This document shows, piece by piece, positions 1 through 9,452 of a stretch of DNA of 32,000 nucleotides (position 1 is its first letter; each line of letters starts with the position of its first letter). The stretch covers positions 660,001-692,000 of the forward strand of contig OW818668.1 of the NCBI GenBank assembly GCA_942493105.1, in the 5' to 3' direction. Source of the DNA: an uncultured Erysipelotrichaceae bacterium (lineage in GTDB: Bacteria; Bacillota_I; Bacilli_A; Erysipelotrichales; Erysipelotrichaceae). Below the pieces are notes generated by a model that saw nothing but the letters and a program-made list of their open reading frames with translations, was not told where the DNA came from and did not search any database. The position numbers were made by a program, and so were the translations under genes.

Positions 1-1
1 T

Positions 2-91
2 GCCCATGGGATTCCGATGGGCGGACATGTAGATTATGCAGATGATATGACCTTGATTAAAGCCATGGAAGGCAGAAAGAGATTAAAATGA
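2..91 (+). CDS. recR: Recombination protein RecR, 3' end only (5' part lies outside the window)
   Basis: Frame 2 reads AHGIPMGGHVDYADDMTLIKAMEGRKRLK-stop. This matches the conserved RecR C-terminus pattern (G-x-P-x-GG-x3-YAD-x2-TL-x2-A-x-EGR). The TGA at 89-91 overlaps the fhs ATG at 88 (ATGA). Confidence 0.55.
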   Translation, partial: AHGIPMGGHVDYADDMTLIKAMEGRKRLK

Positions 92-1752
92 AAACAGATA
101 TTGAAATTGCACAGTCTATCCCGATGGAACCGATTGAAGTCATTGCCAGTAAAGCTAAGATTGATACTAAATATATTGAATTATATGGTAAATACAAGGC
201 CAAGGTTAGTTTATCCATCAATAACCAATTAGAATCCTTAACAAACGGACATCTGATTTTAGTTACAGCCATGACCCCAACCAAAGCGGGCGAAGGTAAA
301 TCAACAACGACGGTTGGTTTAGTGGATGGTTTATCGCGTCTCAACAAAAAAACAATTGGTTGTATGCGTGAACCGTCTTTAGGACCAGTATTTGGCGTTA
401 AAGGTGGTGCAACAGGGGGCGGAATGGCTCAGGTCGTTCCCATGGAAGATATCAATCTGCATTTTACTGGAGATTTACATGCGGTAACCACTGCCAACAA
501 TTTGGTAAGTGCCATTATCGATAATGTGCTTTATCAAGGCAATCCTTTAAACATAGATCCTGAACGGATTTTATGGAAACGGGCTATGGATATGAATGAT
601 CGAGCTTTAAGAAGCATTCGTGTGTCCATGAATGAGCCTAAAGCCATCGAAAGACAAGACGGTTTCAACATTACAGTGGCTTCCGAAATCATGGCTGTCT
701 TATGTTTATCTAAAGATTTAGAGGATCTTAAACAGCGTATTGGAAGAATTATCGTTGCGTTCAATCTTGATGGAAATCCTGTGACCATCAGTGATCTTAG
801 AATTGCCGGATCAATCGTTGCCTTACTTAAAGAAGCCATCAAACCCAATTTGGTTCAAACTTTAGAAAAAAATCCTATGTTTGTCCATGGGGGACCTTTT
901 GCGAACATTGCGCATGGATCAAACTCGATCATTGCGACAAGAATGGCACTTAAGTTAGCTGATTTTGTGGTGACTGAAGCAGGTTTTGGGAGTGATTTAG
1001 GTGCACAAAAGTTTATGGATATCACTTCCATCAACGGACAATTCAAACCATCAGCTGTTGTCTTGGTTGCAACTGTGCGTGCATTAAAGTTACATGGCAA
1101 TGAGTTATATGAGAACTTAAAAACTGAGAACTTAGAAGCTTTACACAAAGGCTTACCAAATCTAAAGAAACATACCCAGATCTTATCGACCTATGGGGTA
1201 CCTTTTGTGGTCGCGTTAAATCGTTTCTCTTCAGACACCAAAGCAGAGATAGAGATTGTTCAGAAATGGTGTGAAAACAATGCTATTCCGTTTGCTCTTA
1301 ATGAATCCTGGGAATATGGTTCAGCAGGAGCTGAAGCTTTAGCCCAAAAAGTCTTGGATTTGGTTAAGTTACCTAATAACTATCACACCATACTTGATCC
1401 AAAATCTTTGGTTTCTGAAAAAATCGAAACGATTGCTAAAACAATTTATGGGGCGTCTAATGTTGAATATAGTGAAGTCGCATTAAAACAACTTGAGGAT
1501 ATTGATCGCTTAAATCTCAATGAACTCAACGTCTGTATTGCTAAAACTCAGGCATCGATCAGCGATGATCCAAAACGTTTGGGTGATCCAACCGGATTTG
1601 TCCTAAAAATTAGAGAAATTCGCTTGTCTGTAGGTGCTGGATTTGCGGTTGCGATTGCCGGACCCATCATGACGATGCCTGGTCTATCTAAAGATCCAGC
1701 TGCTTATCATATCGATGTCGATCAACAAGGAAAGATCACCGGACTCTTTTAG
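88..1752 (+). CDS. fhs: Formate--tetrahydrofolate ligase
   Basis: 554 aa, the typical length. It has the characteristic N-terminus (DIEIAQ...) and the TPTKAGEGKSTTTVGL P-loop region, and it ends ...ITGLF as in the FTHFS family. Confidence 0.95.
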   Translation: MKTDIEIAQSIPMEPIEVIASKAKIDTKYIELYGKYKAKVSLSINNQLESLTNGHLILVTAMTPTKAGEGKSTTTVGLVDGLSRLNKKTIGCMREPSLGPVFGVKGGATGGGMAQVVPMEDINLHFTGDLHAVTTANNLVSAIIDNVLYQGNPLNIDPERILWKRAMDMNDRALRSIRVSMNEPKAIERQDGFNITVASEIMAVLCLSKDLEDLKQRIGRIIVAFNLDGNPVTISDLRIAGSIVALLKEAIKPNLVQTLEKNPMFVHGGPFANIAHGSNSIIATRMALKLADFVVTEAGFGSDLGAQKFMDITSINGQFKPSAVVLVATVRALKLHGNELYENLKTENLEALHKGLPNLKKHTQILSTYGVPFVVALNRFSSDTKAEIEIVQKWCENNAIPFALNESWEYGSAGAEALAQKVLDLVKLPNNYHTILDPKSLVSEKIETIAKTIYGASNVEYSEVALKQLEDIDRLNLNELNVCIAKTQASISDDPKRLGDPTGFVLKIREIRLSVGAGFAVAIAGPIMTMPGLSKDPAAYHIDVDQQGKITGLF

Positions 1753-1766
1753 GTCTAAAAACAACC

Positions 1767-2735
1767 ATGTCTTCAATCGCCTACATCACGGATAAAAAAA
1801 TGATCGAATTTCATCGTTTGAACGGGAACTCTTCAATTAATTTTTGGAGACCATCCAGTTCAAAGCGTTTTACTGACTTTCATCCCGGTGATTTATTGTT
1901 TTTCTTAGCTAAGGGCACCGAAAGAGGGCCTCAGAAAGAAAAAGGCTTGATTGGATATGGACGTTATTCGCAAGCTGTAAAATTATCTTTTAAACAGATG
2001 TGGAATCAATATGGTCTGCTCAATGGATATCCAACTGAAGCAGCCTTAAAAGAAGCCATATTAAAGGTATCAAAAGAAAAAAACTTGGCTCATCAATTCA
2101 GTTGTGTTAAGCTTACCAACATCGTTTTCTTTCAAAGTCCGGTGTATTTAAGTGAGCTAGGTGTACATATTTCCTCAAATCTGGAAAGTTATCTGTATTT
2201 AGACAAAGAATTTCCGCAAACGACAGCCAGTATCTTAAATAAAGCAAAAGAAGTAGGGATCGATTCTTGGACCTCGATCGTTTCTAAAAATGCACCATCT
2301 GAGCGAGTATTTGAGGAAGACTTAATCCGCCACGTTTTGACAACCAAAATCAATGATTTACCTGATCATAATCATAAACCTGAAGATCAACGCAAAGCGC
2401 TACGGCTTTTGACGACACATCAAAAAAACAACCCTGAAATGCATTGGTTGAATGATCGAAAACTAGAATTGTTCTGTTTTGAGGGAGATCGCTTATGGAT
2501 CACCTGCGCTTTAGTTTCGAATAAGTCAGATTTTACCCAAAGACTTTTGTTTATGTTGGGTAAATTCCAGGTCATATCTAAACAAGCGTATGATATTGAA
2601 AGTTTTAATGGGAAAAGCATATCTTTTAAAATCTTGACAGATGTTGAAGCCTCCAAAGCATGGGAAGATATCCTCAAAGCATACAATATAGAAATTCTTA
2701 CCCAAGCTTTATCTGTGTCGACAGACATCGTTTGA
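1767..2735 (+). CDS. Hypothetical protein; N-terminal module resembles the PUA-like domain usually fused to HNH_2-type nucleases; C-terminal half unrecognised
   Basis: 322-aa ORF that abuts fhs. The N-terminus (IEFHRLNGNSSINFWRPSSSKRFTDFHPGDLLFFLAKG ... IGYGRY ... MWNQYGLLNG) follows the pattern vNFWxP..(x)F..l.pGd.lfF...G.g.f...W..fG..NG. No HNH or other nuclease motif is seen in the C-terminal 170 aa. Confidence 0.6.
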   Translation: MSSIAYITDKKMIEFHRLNGNSSINFWRPSSSKRFTDFHPGDLLFFLAKGTERGPQKEKGLIGYGRYSQAVKLSFKQMWNQYGLLNGYPTEAALKEAILKVSKEKNLAHQFSCVKLTNIVFFQSPVYLSELGVHISSNLESYLYLDKEFPQTTASILNKAKEVGIDSWTSIVSKNAPSERVFEEDLIRHVLTTKINDLPDHNHKPEDQRKALRLLTTHQKNNPEMHWLNDRKLELFCFEGDRLWITCALVSNKSDFTQRLLFMLGKFQVISKQAYDIESFNGKSISFKILTDVEASKAWEDILKAYNIEILTQALSVSTDIV

Positions 2736-3252
2736 TTTTAGAATCACAATTTGCAGTATAAACAAGGTGAATCTTAGATAAAAGGGTATTGAATTCCGCA
2801 AGCCCTTTTTTTTCGTCGTCATCTACTTCATACTCAAGCTCATAATCTGTTTGTCCATTATATATATTCTCATCCAGACACAAAAGGCCATATCTCAAAT
2901 GGATGCTTGTACGCAATGTTTGTAGGGTTCCTTGATGAATTAAAGGAGAATGTACACCAAGTTGATGTATAAAAGCCAAAACATCTGTGTTTGTGAAAAT
3001 AGTTTTTGGATCAATGTGTTCAAAAGTGAATTCATTCTTGCCCACAGGTCCAGGTGTTTTAAATGTCAGCTCTGATTGATCGTTGATGGTTCTTATTCGA
3101 CATGATATGTGTTTCTGACGTAATGAAAAATCGTGAGTATCATAATAAAAATTGGTTTGTAACACTTTTTCACCATCAAACTGTAAAGAAAGTTGGGTGT
3201 ATTGGTCTTTTGAAATCAGAATCTTATATTCAATTTCGAGGTTTTGCTTCAT
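2698..3252 (-). CDS. CYTH-domain protein (triphosphate tunnel metalloenzyme, YjbK-like)
   Basis: 184 aa. The N-terminal EIEYKIL matches the CYTH ExExK motif. The size and the position next to nadK mirror the Bacillus yjbK-ppnK neighbourhood. Confidence 0.75.
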   Translation of the reverse strand: MKQNLEIEYKILISKDQYTQLSLQFDGEKVLQTNFYYDTHDFSLRQKHISCRIRTINDQSELTFKTPGPVGKNEFTFEHIDPKTIFTNTDVLAFIHQLGVHSPLIHQGTLQTLRTSIHLRYGLLCLDENIYNGQTDYELEYEVDDDEKKGLAEFNTLLSKIHLVYTANCDSKIKRCLSTQIKLG

Positions 3253-3307
3253 ATGACTTCCTTATGCTCCTATGATACAATAAGAAAGAGCCTAAAAGGA
3301 AGATACA

Positions 3308-4090
3308 ATGCGTAAATTTACCTTGATATGTAAAGATGATCCAACGACCTACAGTCTAGTTGGAAACATTAAAAATTCGCTTATTGATAAAGGCTGGGAG
3401 ACCAGTGATGATGAACCGGAAGTTGTTATTTCTGTGGGTGGTGATGGAACTTTTTTAAGAGCGATCCACACACATCAAGATCATCTTCAAAACTGTTTCT
3501 TTGTTGGGATCCATACTGGAACACTGGGTTTTTTAACCAACTACGCCAGTGATGAATGTGAAGCACTCATTGAAGATATTGATAAAGCATCCGTAAATTT
3601 GGTTGAATTGCCTTTGCTTGAGATTTGTGTAGAAACTGAAGGAACCTGTCGAACTGTTTATGCAGTCAATGAGATGCGAATAGAGAATGTAATTCGAACT
3701 CAGTTGTTGGATGTATCCATTGATGGTAAGCGTTTAGAAACATTCAGAGGCAACGGCTTATGTGTGTCTACTCAAGCTGGATCAACCGCATATAATCGTT
3801 CCTTAGGTGGCGCCATCATCCATGAAGGCATCAATGCGATGCAGCTGACTGAAATCACAGGGATCCATCATCATGCCTACAGATCTCTAGGATCGCCTTT
3901 GATCTTAAGTGAAAAAAGCATCATCACCTTAGAAAGTGACAACTTCAATCAAGCCATCCTGTGTTATGATTATTTATCTTTACCGCTCAATCAAAAAACA
4001 CGATTAACAGTATCCTATTCTCAAAGAAAAGCAAAACTGATGATTCGCGATAAAAAATCGTATATAGATCGACTAAAGAGCCTATTTTAA
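3308..4090 (+). CDS. nadK: NAD(+) kinase
   Basis: 260 aa with the VVISVGGDGTFLRA (GGDGT) motif, NEMRIEN, and the STQAGSTAYNRSLGG region typical of PpnK/NadK. Confidence 0.92.
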   Translation: MRKFTLICKDDPTTYSLVGNIKNSLIDKGWETSDDEPEVVISVGGDGTFLRAIHTHQDHLQNCFFVGIHTGTLGFLTNYASDECEALIEDIDKASVNLVELPLLEICVETEGTCRTVYAVNEMRIENVIRTQLLDVSIDGKRLETFRGNGLCVSTQAGSTAYNRSLGGAIIHEGINAMQLTEITGIHHHAYRSLGSPLILSEKSIITLESDNFNQAILCYDYLSLPLNQKTRLTVSYSQRKAKLMIRDKKSYIDRLKSLF

Positions 4091-5307
4091 TAGGTTCTTT
4101 TTCTTTTATTGTTTGAACTCATCACAAATAAGATCGCTAAAGCAGGAACATAAGATAACAATGAAGATCCTCCGGCAGAGATGAAAGGCAAGGTTATACC
4201 AGTAATGGGCATCAATCCAATGATCATGCCCATATTTTGAAATTGTTGAAACAACAGCATACCAATAACCCCGGCAACCAAATATTTTTCACGTCGGCCT
4301 TTAAATTTCATGGCAATGGAAATAATTTTAAGATCCAGCATCAATTGAATAAGAATCAAGAAACTAGCCCCTATAAATCCGAAATCCTGGGCAAATACCG
4401 CAAAAATAAAGTCATTCTGTGGTTCGATCATATTGATCACGACAGACTGCAAACCATGTCCAAAAAGTCCTGAAGACCCAACAGCCAATAATGATTGATA
4501 AAGCTGAAGTCCGTATGAAGAAATATATTGTTCGGTACGTAACCACCCATAAAAACGATTGAGTCGATAAGAAGCTCCTACGATATTGATCAAAACCTCT
4601 TCAAAATTAAAGAACAGAAACAAAAATAAACTGACCACGCCAATCAAGAGCAATCCACTATAAAAGATCCATTCTTTGCGTATCCCGCTGATGGCCAACA
4701 TCACTAAGATACCAACCACGATGACGATTGGAATACCTGTATCAGGCTGAACAACGATCAATAACAAGGCAGGAACGACATAAAGGGCAATTTTAAAGAA
4801 AAGTTTGATATCATCGGTAAAGGTTGCAGAAACCTTGTTTTGATTGTGTTCATGAATGATATTGGCACATAAAATAAGCAACGCAATTTTCATAAATTCA
4901 CTGGGTTGAAGGGTACCTAAACCAGGCAAAGTAATCCAAGCAGTTGTTCCATTAACTGGTGAAATCAAAGGCAAGTCAATCATATATTTATCGACCAATA
5001 AAACAACCAACAAAGCAAATAGTACCCAATAGATCACCTTGATCGACGTAAATAGTCGATCCACACCTAAAATAATCAAAACAACCAACAAAATAATCGC
5101 GATGATGATCCAAAGCACTTGTTTAATGATCAAATCAAAACCACTACGTCCAGTTGCCAACAAAGGTAAGGCACCATATATTGCCAAAAGACTAAGCGCA
5201 CTTAAAACACTTAGCAATAGGATAAGCAGATAGTCGGGATGGAAAGCTATTTTACTGGGTCGCTGCAGTTTATTGGGCATGTTTGTCTTTCGTTGAACAG
5301 TTGACAC
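4087..5307 (-). CDS. SEDS-family peptidoglycan polymerase (FtsW/RodA/SpoVE)
   Basis: Polytopic membrane protein of about 400 aa with the conserved LQPSEFMKIALLI, PDTGIPIV and ITGITLPFISAGGSS motifs. The ORF as listed begins at a GTG (5307). The ATG at 5280 (MPNKLQ...) is an alternative start. Confidence 0.9.
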   Translation of the reverse strand: MSTVQRKTNMPNKLQRPSKIAFHPDYLLILLLSVLSALSLLAIYGALPLLATGRSGFDLIIKQVLWIIIAIILLVVLIILGVDRLFTSIKVIYWVLFALLVVLLVDKYMIDLPLISPVNGTTAWITLPGLGTLQPSEFMKIALLILCANIIHEHNQNKVSATFTDDIKLFFKIALYVVPALLLIVVQPDTGIPIVIVVGILVMLAISGIRKEWIFYSGLLLIGVVSLFLFLFFNFEEVLINIVGASYRLNRFYGWLRTEQYISSYGLQLYQSLLAVGSSGLFGHGLQSVVINMIEPQNDFIFAVFAQDFGFIGASFLILIQLMLDLKIISIAMKFKGRREKYLVAGVIGMLLFQQFQNMGMIIGLMPITGITLPFISAGGSSLLSYVPALAILFVMSSNNKRKRTY

Positions 5308-5338
5308 TATAATGTTATCATAGAAAGGAGGTATTCCT

Positions 5339-6889
5339 ATGAGAAGATGGCGTAGTTACATTGAGATCACCAGCTTTCCCATCAAGGTTGTTTTTATCGC
5401 CACCATCATGCTTGGCTTAAGCACGATGATTCTTAATCCGAATTTTGTGACCTTAGTTGGATCCATTGATGCCATAAGTATTGGTGCTCGGATCTCTAAA
5501 TATATCGCATCTTCAATTATCGGAGCTTTCCCGCTGATATTTTTGATGAAAATCGTACATCGAAGAGATGATGACCCCATGATCACAGCAGCAGCTTTGG
5601 TTGGGTTCTTGACTTTACATATCATGACGATGTTTATCAATTCTACAGAACTGAACTCACAAGTATTTCGCTCTACATTGGGTCTTATTTTAGACACAAC
5701 AGCCTTAGGTAATAATGTATTGGGTGCTGTCAACCCTATTTATACAGGCATAATAGGTTCACTCATCGTATTTTTTACGACGCGTGGTGCCAATAAGATG
5801 ATCAGCAGAAGATCTGAGTATAGTGTATGGAATTTTATCGATAAACAAAGTGCCTTGATGGTCTGGACTGTGATTTTTTCGGCCATAGGTGGGGTATTGG
5901 TTGCTCTTACATGGCCATTTGTGGTCCAGTTCGTCATGTCGATTTTCTATTTTATCGCAAGTGATTTAAATAACCCTATTCATATTTTTATTTATGGAAT
6001 TGTCGATCGAGTCAGTGATGTTTTAGGACTCCATTTATGGATCCGTAAGCTGTTTTGGTTTGGAGAATTGGGTGGTTCATGGTCAGATGCCTTTGGAGTC
6101 TACCATTTGGGTGATGTTGCCATGTGGACAGGCCAAATTAAGAGTAGCTTGTTTAATTTAGGAAGCGGAAGATTGATCACGCCTTACTATATACTCAATA
6201 TATTTGTGGTACCTGCCTATTTGATCAGCATCTACCAAGTGTATACCGATAAAATCGAGAAAGTTAAGATGAGAATATTCATCGTCATCGCAGCTTTAGC
6301 TTCCATCTTGTTTGGAACTTTGTTGCCGATCGAATTGTTCTTGTTGTTTTCGGCTCCATTGCTGTATGTCTTCCATTTGGGGATGACTGGCATCCTATTT
6401 GGTTTATTAACGTCACTTAAAGTTCAAATTGGATATGCGTATACAGGAAGCGTCATTGGGGCAACCCCTGGCAGTTTGTTTGATTTGATGATCTATGTTC
6501 GTAATCCTGCTTTGCAGAAATCTCTTTTGATCTTATTGCTGGTAGGCATCGTTACTTTCTTAGCTTACTTAGCGATGAGCACTTACTATTATCGTAGAAT
6601 TGCGGTTAATTTTATAACCGTAAGTGAAAAGGACAGTATGATTGAAGAATTGCTAGATTGTTTAGGTGGTTTAGAGAACATAAAACTCTTCAACTCAAGT
6701 CTTTTTAATCTAACAATACAGGTCTATGATCGCAATATGGTTGATTTCTTAAAAATCAATCATCATTATATAACGCGTATCGTTGAATCAAAAGCTGGGT
6801 ATTCGTTGACTTATGGGGCTTGCAGTCATATCTTATGGATGGAAATCCAGCACAGACTCAAAGAATTGTCCTATCAACAAAGTGCCTGA
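5339..6889 (+). CDS. PTS EIICB-like membrane protein (glucose family) with degenerate catalytic motifs
   Basis: AGGAGG lies 7 nt upstream of the start. The segment LFGTLLPIELFLLFSAPLLYVFHLGMTGILFG aligns with PtsG [31 protein letters not shown]. The C-terminus LLDCLGGLENIKLFNSSLFNLTIQVYD aligns with the EIIB segment [23 protein letters not shown], with the Cys and both Arg residues replaced. Confidence 0.65.
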   Translation: MRRWRSYIEITSFPIKVVFIATIMLGLSTMILNPNFVTLVGSIDAISIGARISKYIASSIIGAFPLIFLMKIVHRRDDDPMITAAALVGFLTLHIMTMFINSTELNSQVFRSTLGLILDTTALGNNVLGAVNPIYTGIIGSLIVFFTTRGANKMISRRSEYSVWNFIDKQSALMVWTVIFSAIGGVLVALTWPFVVQFVMSIFYFIASDLNNPIHIFIYGIVDRVSDVLGLHLWIRKLFWFGELGGSWSDAFGVYHLGDVAMWTGQIKSSLFNLGSGRLITPYYILNIFVVPAYLISIYQVYTDKIEKVKMRIFIVIAALASILFGTLLPIELFLLFSAPLLYVFHLGMTGILFGLLTSLKVQIGYAYTGSVIGATPGSLFDLMIYVRNPALQKSLLILLLVGIVTFLAYLAMSTYYYRRIAVNFITVSEKDSMIEELLDCLGGLENIKLFNSSLFNLTIQVYDRNMVDFLKINHHYITRIVESKAGYSLTYGACSHILWMEIQHRLKELSYQQSA

Positions 6890-6907
6890 GCACTTTGTTT
6901 TGTTAAG
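6878..6907 (+). terminator. Rho-independent terminator candidate overlapping the stop codon of the EIICB-like gene
   Basis: The 8-bp stem caaagtgc (6878-6885) pairs with gcactttg (6890-6897) around the loop ctga, followed by ttttgtt. Confidence 0.55.
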
Positions 6908-6923
6908 TCTAAAGAGGTAACCT

Positions 6924-9452
6924 ATGGAAAAGCTTACGCCCATGCTCAAACAATACATGGATGTTAAAAAAGAATACCAAGATGCTTTGGTCATGTTTCG
7001 CTTGGGAGATTTTTATGAGTTGTTTTTCGATGATGCTAAGATTGCTTCCTATGAACTTGATTTGGTATTGACAGGACGAGCTGCAGGCGAATTGGGCAGA
7101 GCTCCGATGTGTGGAGTCCCCTATCATGCAGTCAGTTCTTATATTCAAAGATTGGTCAATAATGGTCATAAAGTTGCGATCGTTGAACAGATGGAAGATC
7201 CGGCCACAGCACAAGGTTTAGTTAAGCGAGATGTCGTCAAAGTGGTGACACCGGGAACTGTCATGGATGAGATCTATGACGATAAGACCACTGTATCGAT
7301 CGCATCGGTTACTGAATTTGCGTCTAAATACTTTGTGGTCAGTGCAGAATTGGCCTCTGGTGAACTGAAGTCTGTGACTTGTTTAAAAGATGAAGCTCAC
7401 TTAAAAGAAATCTTATATAAACATCAAGTCAAAGAAGTGGTTGTTTCATCAAAACTATCTCAAACCTGTCTTAAAATCCTGCGTGAAGCCAGACAAACCA
7501 TCTCGATCTGTGATGAGATTGAAATCGATAAGAGTTATATTTCGCTTTCTAGAGCCATCAATGATCCTGTGAGTCTGGAAACGTTTGGGCGCTTATTAAA
7601 TTACTTACTTTTGACTCAAAAAAGAAGTTTAAGACATCTTCAACCGATCATTGATGAAGATCAAGATCAATGTTTAAACATGGATATGGCGACCATACTT
7701 AACCTGGAGTTGGTTGAAAGTTTACGTGCTAAGACAAAAAAAGAAAGTCTGTTTGGTTTTCTGGATGAATGTCAAAGTGCAGCAGGCTCACGTCAACTTA
7801 AAAAGTGGATCATACGTCCTTTGCTTGATAAAACTCAAATCCAAACCCGTCAAAACCAAATTGCTTATTATGTGAATGCCTTTTTAAAGCGAGATGAACT
7901 TAGAGTGGCCTTAAGACAAACCTATGATATTGAACGCATTATCGGTAAGATCGCATATGGTTCTGCAGGTCCTGTCGATCTTTTACGCTTATCTAAAACA
8001 CTCAATCAAGTTCAACCCATTATGGCAACCTGTGATCCTAAGATCTATGAAACCTATGTCTCACTTGACCCCATGGATGAGCTCAGAGACCTCTTAAATA
8101 AAGCCATAGATGAAACTGCCCCAGCACTCTTAAAAGACGGTAATGTCTTTAAGAAAGGCTACAATGAGGAATTGGATGCATTACGTGAACTACAAGAAAA
8201 CAGTGCCCTCTGGTTGATTGATTTTGAGAACTCTGAGAAAGAAAGAACTCAAATCAAGAACTTAAAAGTAGGCTATAATCGAGTTTTTGGTTACTATATC
8301 GAGATTTCTAAAGGCAATGTTCATCTTGTAAAACCTGAATTTGAATATCATCGCAAGCAGACCTTAAGTACTGGAGAGCGCTATATCAATCCTATCTTGA
8401 AGCAAAAAGAAGAAGATATACTGGGTGCTAACGATAAAGCACTGCGTCTTCAGCAACGTCTATTTTTAGAACTGATTGAAATCATAAGATCTAAACTTGA
8501 TGCTTTGCAAGTTTTATCCAAAGCATTATCTGAACTTGATGTATTCCAAGCTTTGGCAACCATTAGTCATCAAGGTAACTACATCAAACCTGAGTTTCAT
8601 GATGGTTTTGAGTTAAACATCACAGAGGGACGTCATCCGATTCTAGAAACAAGAACCAAATATGTCCCCAACTCGACCCATTTTACTCAAAATCATCCCA
8701 TACATCTGTTGACAGGTCCCAATATGGGAGGTAAAAGCACCTATATGAGACAAGTTGCATTGTTGGTTATCATGGCTCAAATGGGTATGTATATTCCCGC
8801 AAAAAAAGCGGATTTATCGCTCATTGATGCGATTTATACTCGAATGGGGGCCAGTGATGACATCCTTGAGGGTCAATCAACTTTCATGGTAGAAATGATC
8901 GAAGCCAATAATGCCCTACAAAAAGCCAGTTCTAATGCGTTGATCTTATTTGATGAGATCGGAAGAGGCACCTCGACTTATGATGGGATGGCTTTGGCTC
9001 AAGCTATGGTGGAATATATTGCGACCGTCATTCAGTGTAAAGCAATCTTCTCAACGCATTATCATGAGCTCACCAATTTAGAAGGTCCTTTACCCAAACT
9101 TATTAATATGCATGTGGAAGTCATCGAAGACAAACATGAAGTTCATTTCTTATATCGTGTCAAACATGGTAAAGCAGATAAATCCTATGGGGTCAATGTG
9201 GCTCGTTTAGCCCATCTTCCTGAATCTGTTTTAGAACGTGCCAGTATCTTGCTCAAAGAACTGGAATCTAAGAAACGTATCGTTCAACAAACCCTAGACA
9301 TCGTAGAAATCGTAAGAACCCCTAAAGAAGTCCAAGCCATCATCGATCAACTCACTACCCTAGACATCAATGAAACGACCCCCATCGAAGCTTTACGCTA
9401 CCTCAATGACTTCAAAGAAACACTGAAGGATAAAAAACATGGGAAAAATTAG
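6924..9452 (+). CDS. mutS: DNA mismatch repair protein MutS
   Basis: 842 aa. N-terminus TPMLKQYMDVKKEY..FRLGDFYELFFDDA, Walker A GPNMGGKST, and the STFMVEM and DEIGRGTSTYDG motifs. Confidence 0.97.
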   Translation: MEKLTPMLKQYMDVKKEYQDALVMFRLGDFYELFFDDAKIASYELDLVLTGRAAGELGRAPMCGVPYHAVSSYIQRLVNNGHKVAIVEQMEDPATAQGLVKRDVVKVVTPGTVMDEIYDDKTTVSIASVTEFASKYFVVSAELASGELKSVTCLKDEAHLKEILYKHQVKEVVVSSKLSQTCLKILREARQTISICDEIEIDKSYISLSRAINDPVSLETFGRLLNYLLLTQKRSLRHLQPIIDEDQDQCLNMDMATILNLELVESLRAKTKKESLFGFLDECQSAAGSRQLKKWIIRPLLDKTQIQTRQNQIAYYVNAFLKRDELRVALRQTYDIERIIGKIAYGSAGPVDLLRLSKTLNQVQPIMATCDPKIYETYVSLDPMDELRDLLNKAIDETAPALLKDGNVFKKGYNEELDALRELQENSALWLIDFENSEKERTQIKNLKVGYNRVFGYYIEISKGNVHLVKPEFEYHRKQTLSTGERYINPILKQKEEDILGANDKALRLQQRLFLELIEIIRSKLDALQVLSKALSELDVFQALATISHQGNYIKPEFHDGFELNITEGRHPILETRTKYVPNSTHFTQNHPIHLLTGPNMGGKSTYMRQVALLVIMAQMGMYIPAKKADLSLIDAIYTRMGASDDILEGQSTFMVEMIEANNALQKASSNALILFDEIGRGTSTYDGMALAQAMVEYIATVIQCKAIFSTHYHELTNLEGPLPKLINMHVEVIEDKHEVHFLYRVKHGKADKSYGVNVARLAHLPESVLERASILLKELESKKRIVQQTLDIVEIVRTPKEVQAIIDQLTTLDINETTPIEALRYLNDFKETLKDKKHGKN

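Noticed and set aside
57-1148. Minus-strand ORFs 57..347, 534..848 and 855..1148 from the ORF track
   Set aside because: They lie entirely antisense inside the well-supported fhs gene. They have no RBS and their translations are low-complexity and unrecognisable. They are typical shadow ORFs.
2735-2750. Shared 13-mer ttgattttagaat at ~2737 and ~26572
   Set aside because: In AT-rich sequence of this length, many exact 13-mer coincidences are expected by chance. There is no extended similarity on either side.
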